From contig CBDCVR010000015.1 in the NCBI GenBank assembly GCA_965223155.1, positions 512,001-576,000 of the forward strand: 64,000 bases of DNA, given 5' to 3'. This stretch comes from Candidatus Multivoradales bacterium. Lineage in GTDB: Bacteria > Acidobacteriota > Thermoanaerobaculia > Multivoradales > JAHEKO01. Of the stretch, positions 60,522 to 64,000 are shown piece by piece. The position numbers and the translations under genes are program-made. Under the pieces are notes generated by a model that worked only from the letters and a program-made list of their open reading frames with translations, was not told the origin of the DNA and ran no database searches. Numbering within the stretch: the stretch's first letter is position 1; each line of letters begins with the position of its first letter.

Positions 60522-61598
60522 ATGAGCCGCTTTGTTCGAGGCTGTCTGGTCCTGAGCTTGGTCTTGGGCTCGATCCTGGTCGCCGCCGGAGGCTTCGCCG
60601 TCTGGCGAGCCAGCGAGGCGATTCAGGCCCCGTATCAGGGATTTTCCGGCAGCGAGCGAGTGGTGAGGATCGAGTCCGGCGCTACGGTCACCCAGACGAT
60701 TGCCGCGCTCCACCAGGCAGGCGTACTCGAAAGCGAGCTCCTGGCGAGAACCTACTGGCAATTCGTGCTCGACGAGCCGCCGCTCCAGGCGGGCGAGTAC
60801 CGCTTTCGCGGGCCGCAAACCCTACCCGCCGTCCTCGCCAAACTCGAGCGCGGCGAGGTGCTGACCCATCCCGTGACGCTCATCGAAGGCCTAACCTTGG
60901 AAGAGACCGCCGCCCACTTGGCGAACGAAGGGTTCGGCCGGGAGGAACGCTTCCTGGAAGAGATGCAACGGGTCGGGCGCATCGTCGATCTGGACCCGGA
61001 CGCCCCCTCGCTCGAGGGCTATCTCTTTCCCGACACCTACGCGTTCTCTGCCGGCACCTCCGAAGCCGACGTAGTCTCGACCCTGGTCGCCACCTTTCGT
61101 TCGAAGCTCGAAGCCGTCAACTTTCAGCCGGGCGGCACCGGCCCCATCGGCAGCCCGCGGGACCTCGTCGTCCTGGCGTCGATCGTCGAGAAGGAGGCCC
61201 AGCGTGACGACGAACGGCCCGTCATCGCCGCGGTCTATACGAATCGTCTGCGTATCGGCATGGGGCTCTACGCCGATCCGACGATCATCTACGCCTTGAA
61301 ACAGGCCGGAACCTGGGACGGCAACCTGCGCCGCCGCGACCTCGAGATGGATTCTCCATACAACACCTACCGCACCCAGGGCCTGCCGCCGGGGCCCATC
61401 GGCTCGCCCGGATTGGCCAGCCTCCAGGCTGCCGCCCAGCCGGCCGACGTCGACTACCTCTATTTTGTCAGCCGCAACGACGGCTCCCACGTCTTCGCTC
61501 GCACTCTGGCCGAGCACAACCGCAACGTCTACGAGTGGCAGAAGCTCTACTGGCAGCGGCGTTGGGCCGAGGAGCGCGAACGTGACAAATTACATTGA
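60522..61598 (+). CDS. mltG: Endolytic transglycosylase MltG
   Basis: LQAGEY, TLIEG, LEGYLFPDTY, LASIVEKE, ADPT, SPYNTY..GLPPGPI.SPG, YLYFVS. Confidence 0.95.
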   Translation: MSRFVRGCLVLSLVLGSILVAAGGFAVWRASEAIQAPYQGFSGSERVVRIESGATVTQTIAALHQAGVLESELLARTYWQFVLDEPPLQAGEYRFRGPQTLPAVLAKLERGEVLTHPVTLIEGLTLEETAAHLANEGFGREERFLEEMQRVGRIVDLDPDAPSLEGYLFPDTYAFSAGTSEADVVSTLVATFRSKLEAVNFQPGGTGPIGSPRDLVVLASIVEKEAQRDDERPVIAAVYTNRLRIGMGLYADPTIIYALKQAGTWDGNLRRRDLEMDSPYNTYRTQGLPPGPIGSPGLASLQAAAQPADVDYLYFVSRNDGSHVFARTLAEHNRNVYEWQKLYWQRRWAEERERDKLH

Positions 61599-61647
61599 CC
61601 GTCCTTTGGAGACTCGATAGCAAAGGGCTCAAAGGAGCTCGAATCCG

Positions 61648-63906
61648 ATGGTGAATCCGGTCAAGTTTGGAGAGTTTCTCCTTTTCAAGAAGGGCGAGGA
61701 GCGACCCTACGCCTCCTCCTACCGGGCTGGAACCGTGCACGGTCGGATCATCGACCGGGTCGTACGGCTCGAGCTCTTCGACGGCAAGACCATGGACCGG
61801 CAGCTCTTCCTGCGGCACCTGCCGGCGGCCGGCGCTATTCAGCCCATGCTCGAGGATCCCCACATCGCACGGGGCATCGGGGTCGGCATGGCCGACGGCA
61901 TCCCCTACGCCGCCTACGACTTCGAGCTCGGCGTCAGCCTGACCGACTTCCTCGACACGGCCCGCCGGCGACGGTTTCCGATCCCCCTCGACCAAGCGCT
62001 CTTCGTCACCGAGCGGATCTCACTCGCCCTGTCGGCGGCTCTCGACCGCAAGCACGAGGGCCGGCCGGTCACCCACGGCTTCCTGGTGCCCGACAGCGTG
62101 CTTTTGGCTCATGACGGCAGCGTCAAGGTCTTCGGATTCGAGATCGGCAAGGCCCTGCGGGAACAGTTCGGAGCCACCCAGCCCCTGGACCGCTACATCG
62201 CGATCGAAGCTCGAGGCGGCGGCGAGGGTGCGCCCAACGACGACGTCTTCTCGCTGGGCGTGCTGCTCTACGAACTCCTGGCCGGCGCCCCGCTGGGCGA
62301 AGCCAATTTCGCGCGGCTTCCCGAGATCGTGGATCAGCTCGTCGTCCAAGCCACCAACGAGCCGGCTCCCGAGTCTATCCGCGCACTGCTCAAGAAGAGC
62401 CTTGCGCCGCGCGCCGAACGCTTCGAAGACGCGCTGGCCTGGCAGCAGAGCCTGGGACGCATCATTCTTGAAGGCGAGTTCAACCCGACGACGTTCAACC
62501 TGGCCTTCCTGATGCACACGCTCTTTCGCGAGCAGCTCGAACAGGCGCGCGAGGAGCTCAAGGAACACAAGAGCTACCGCCTGCCCGAAGCCCGGGACGT
62601 GACCGGTGACGCCGAGCCGCCGACCGAGCCGACAGCTCCGGCTACCGTGGCTCCGGCACCGATCCCGGCCGCGGAACCCGCTCCCACCGGCCCCGTACCG
62701 GTCGCGGAAGCCGGATCCGGAACCAGCGCGCCCGCGCTTGGCGACGCCGCCACCCCGACCTCGGAGGTCGCCGTCTACGACGAGGCGGCCGACGAGACTA
62801 CCGGTGTCCCTCTGGCCGGAGACCAGCGCGACAGGGACGAACCCGCTCCGCTGTATTCCGATTCTTCGGTAGCCGATTCCTCGGTTTCCGGCTCGTCGGT
62901 CGCCGCCACCGGGCAGGCTTCCGGGCGCCGCAAGTTGCCCTTCTGGCTCGGCTTCGCGGCCACGGCGGCGATCGCTACCCCACTCGTCTACTTCATGGCC
63001 ATCCGTGGCGGCGAAGCGGGCGAAGGCGGCGGCGAGACGCTCGCCCCTCGATCGGCCCAATCGATCGGAACCGGGGCCGAAGGTCCGTCGGCTTTGGGAA
63101 TCGAGCCGACCCAGATGGCGAGCGAGACTGTCGTCGCCGACTCCCGGCTCGCCTCGGCCGGCGGCGATGAGCTCGGCGAGGACGCGGGCGACGCTCTGGG
63201 CAAGCTGCCACCACCGCCCGACCAGGACGCCGAGGCCCTGGACCTGACCAAAAAGGAGCTCCAGGCGCTTCTTGCCGAGCGCGCCCAGGCGGTGGAAGCC
63301 AACCTCAAGGCAGAGTTCGAGCGCCGCATCGCCGAGCTTCAGAACAAGATCGAAGCTCAGGATCAGGCGGCAGAATCCGGCACTGGCTCGACCGCCGCCG
63401 TGCAGACGGCGGCGCGGTCCGCGAGCACGCCGGCACCGACCGGTGGCGCTCAGGCGCCCTCCGGAACCGTCTCCCAGACACTTCCGAAGACCGTCGTTTC
63501 CCCCTCCAGTACTCAAGCGGCGAGGCCGTCGACTCCGACCGCCGCAGAGAGCGCGATCCCGGCGGGCGGTCAGGCGGGTGCCGGCGGAGCCGAGCCCATC
63601 GGGAGCAAAGAAGCGGTGCCCGCGCCCAAAGCGGCCGTGCGCACTCCGCCCAAGCTTCTCCGCCTTTCCCAACCGGTCTACCCCGCCGCGGCCCGGCGCC
63701 TCAATCGCTCGGCCAGCGTCCGGGTCAAGGTGCTGGTGGCTCCGGACGGCAAGGTTCGGGAAGCCACGATCCTCGGCGCCAAGGCCGGCAGCGGCTTCGA
63801 CAACGCGGCGCTCACCGCCGTTCGCAAGTCCAAGTGGAAGCCCGGAACCGTCGATGGCCGGCCCACCGAGGCTTGGACGATGGTGACCATCGAGTTCGTG
63901 CCGTAA
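61648..63906 (+). CDS. Pseudokinase - TM - coiled-coil/Pro-rich spacer - TonB C-terminal domain fusion
   Basis: Kinase-fold remnants (DPHIA, HGFLVPDSV, VKVFGF, YIAIE, DVFSLGVLLYELLAG); TM FWLGF..YF; TonB_C P.YPAAARR..V.V.VLV..DG.V..GFDNAAL.AV..W.PG..DG. Confidence 0.8.
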   Translation: MVNPVKFGEFLLFKKGEERPYASSYRAGTVHGRIIDRVVRLELFDGKTMDRQLFLRHLPAAGAIQPMLEDPHIARGIGVGMADGIPYAAYDFELGVSLTDFLDTARRRRFPIPLDQALFVTERISLALSAALDRKHEGRPVTHGFLVPDSVLLAHDGSVKVFGFEIGKALREQFGATQPLDRYIAIEARGGGEGAPNDDVFSLGVLLYELLAGAPLGEANFARLPEIVDQLVVQATNEPAPESIRALLKKSLAPRAERFEDALAWQQSLGRIILEGEFNPTTFNLAFLMHTLFREQLEQAREELKEHKSYRLPEARDVTGDAEPPTEPTAPATVAPAPIPAAEPAPTGPVPVAEAGSGTSAPALGDAATPTSEVAVYDEAADETTGVPLAGDQRDRDEPAPLYSDSSVADSSVSGSSVAATGQASGRRKLPFWLGFAATAAIATPLVYFMAIRGGEAGEGGGETLAPRSAQSIGTGAEGPSALGIEPTQMASETVVADSRLASAGGDELGEDAGDALGKLPPPPDQDAEALDLTKKELQALLAERAQAVEANLKAEFERRIAELQNKIEAQDQAAESGTGSTAAVQTAARSASTPAPTGGAQAPSGTVSQTLPKTVVSPSSTQAARPSTPTAAESAIPAGGQAGAGGAEPIGSKEAVPAPKAAVRTPPKLLRLSQPVYPAAARRLNRSASVRVKVLVAPDGKVREATILGAKAGSGFDNAALTAVRKSKWKPGTVDGRPTEAWTMVTIEFVP

Positions 63907-63972
63907 CGAAGGCCCGAGACCGGTATACTCAAGATTCCTGCTAACGAGGAGTCTACGGACCGGAGGAGAACC

Positions 63973-64000
63973 ATGAAACGATTCACAAGCCTATTTCTCG
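63973..64000 (+). CDS. Start of a probable exported protein (truncated by the window end)
   Basis: GGAGGAG RBS then ATG AAA CGA TTC (MKRFTSLFL); TATACT upstream at about 63924. Confidence 0.55.

Overview
GC-rich bacterial chromosomal window, probably Acidobacteriota (inferred from the GWxTD-VWA, kinase-TonB and LptD gene types). No rRNA, tRNA, CRISPR array or IS element was seen. About 40 kb is a respiratory supercluster carrying two apparently complete quinol:O2 chains. The first is alternative complex III (actA-G) with SCO and an A2-type caa3 oxidase, behind a sigma70 promoter and a perfect Rex/CRP-type palindrome. The second is a b6f-like Rieske/split cytochrome b complex with an 8-heme cytochrome c and a cupredoxin-like lipoprotein, plus ctaA/ctaB and an A1-type oxidase whose subunit I lacks the canonical K-channel Lys and Ser. 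Inside the cluster lie a coupled two-gene module (MscS channel fused to an FHA phosphothreonine reader, then a membrane Ser/Thr kinase with periplasmic TPRs) and a DosS/DosR-like two-component system. The flanks hold xseA, an ATPase-TPR protein, a YhaM-like nuclease, HMG-CoA synthase, thiolase-lptD, ruvX-mltG and a pseudokinase-TonB fusion. The best candidates for undescribed biology are the MscS-FHA/kinase module and the K-channel-less A1 oxidase with its small accessory genes. All calls come from motif recognition by eye; no searches were run.
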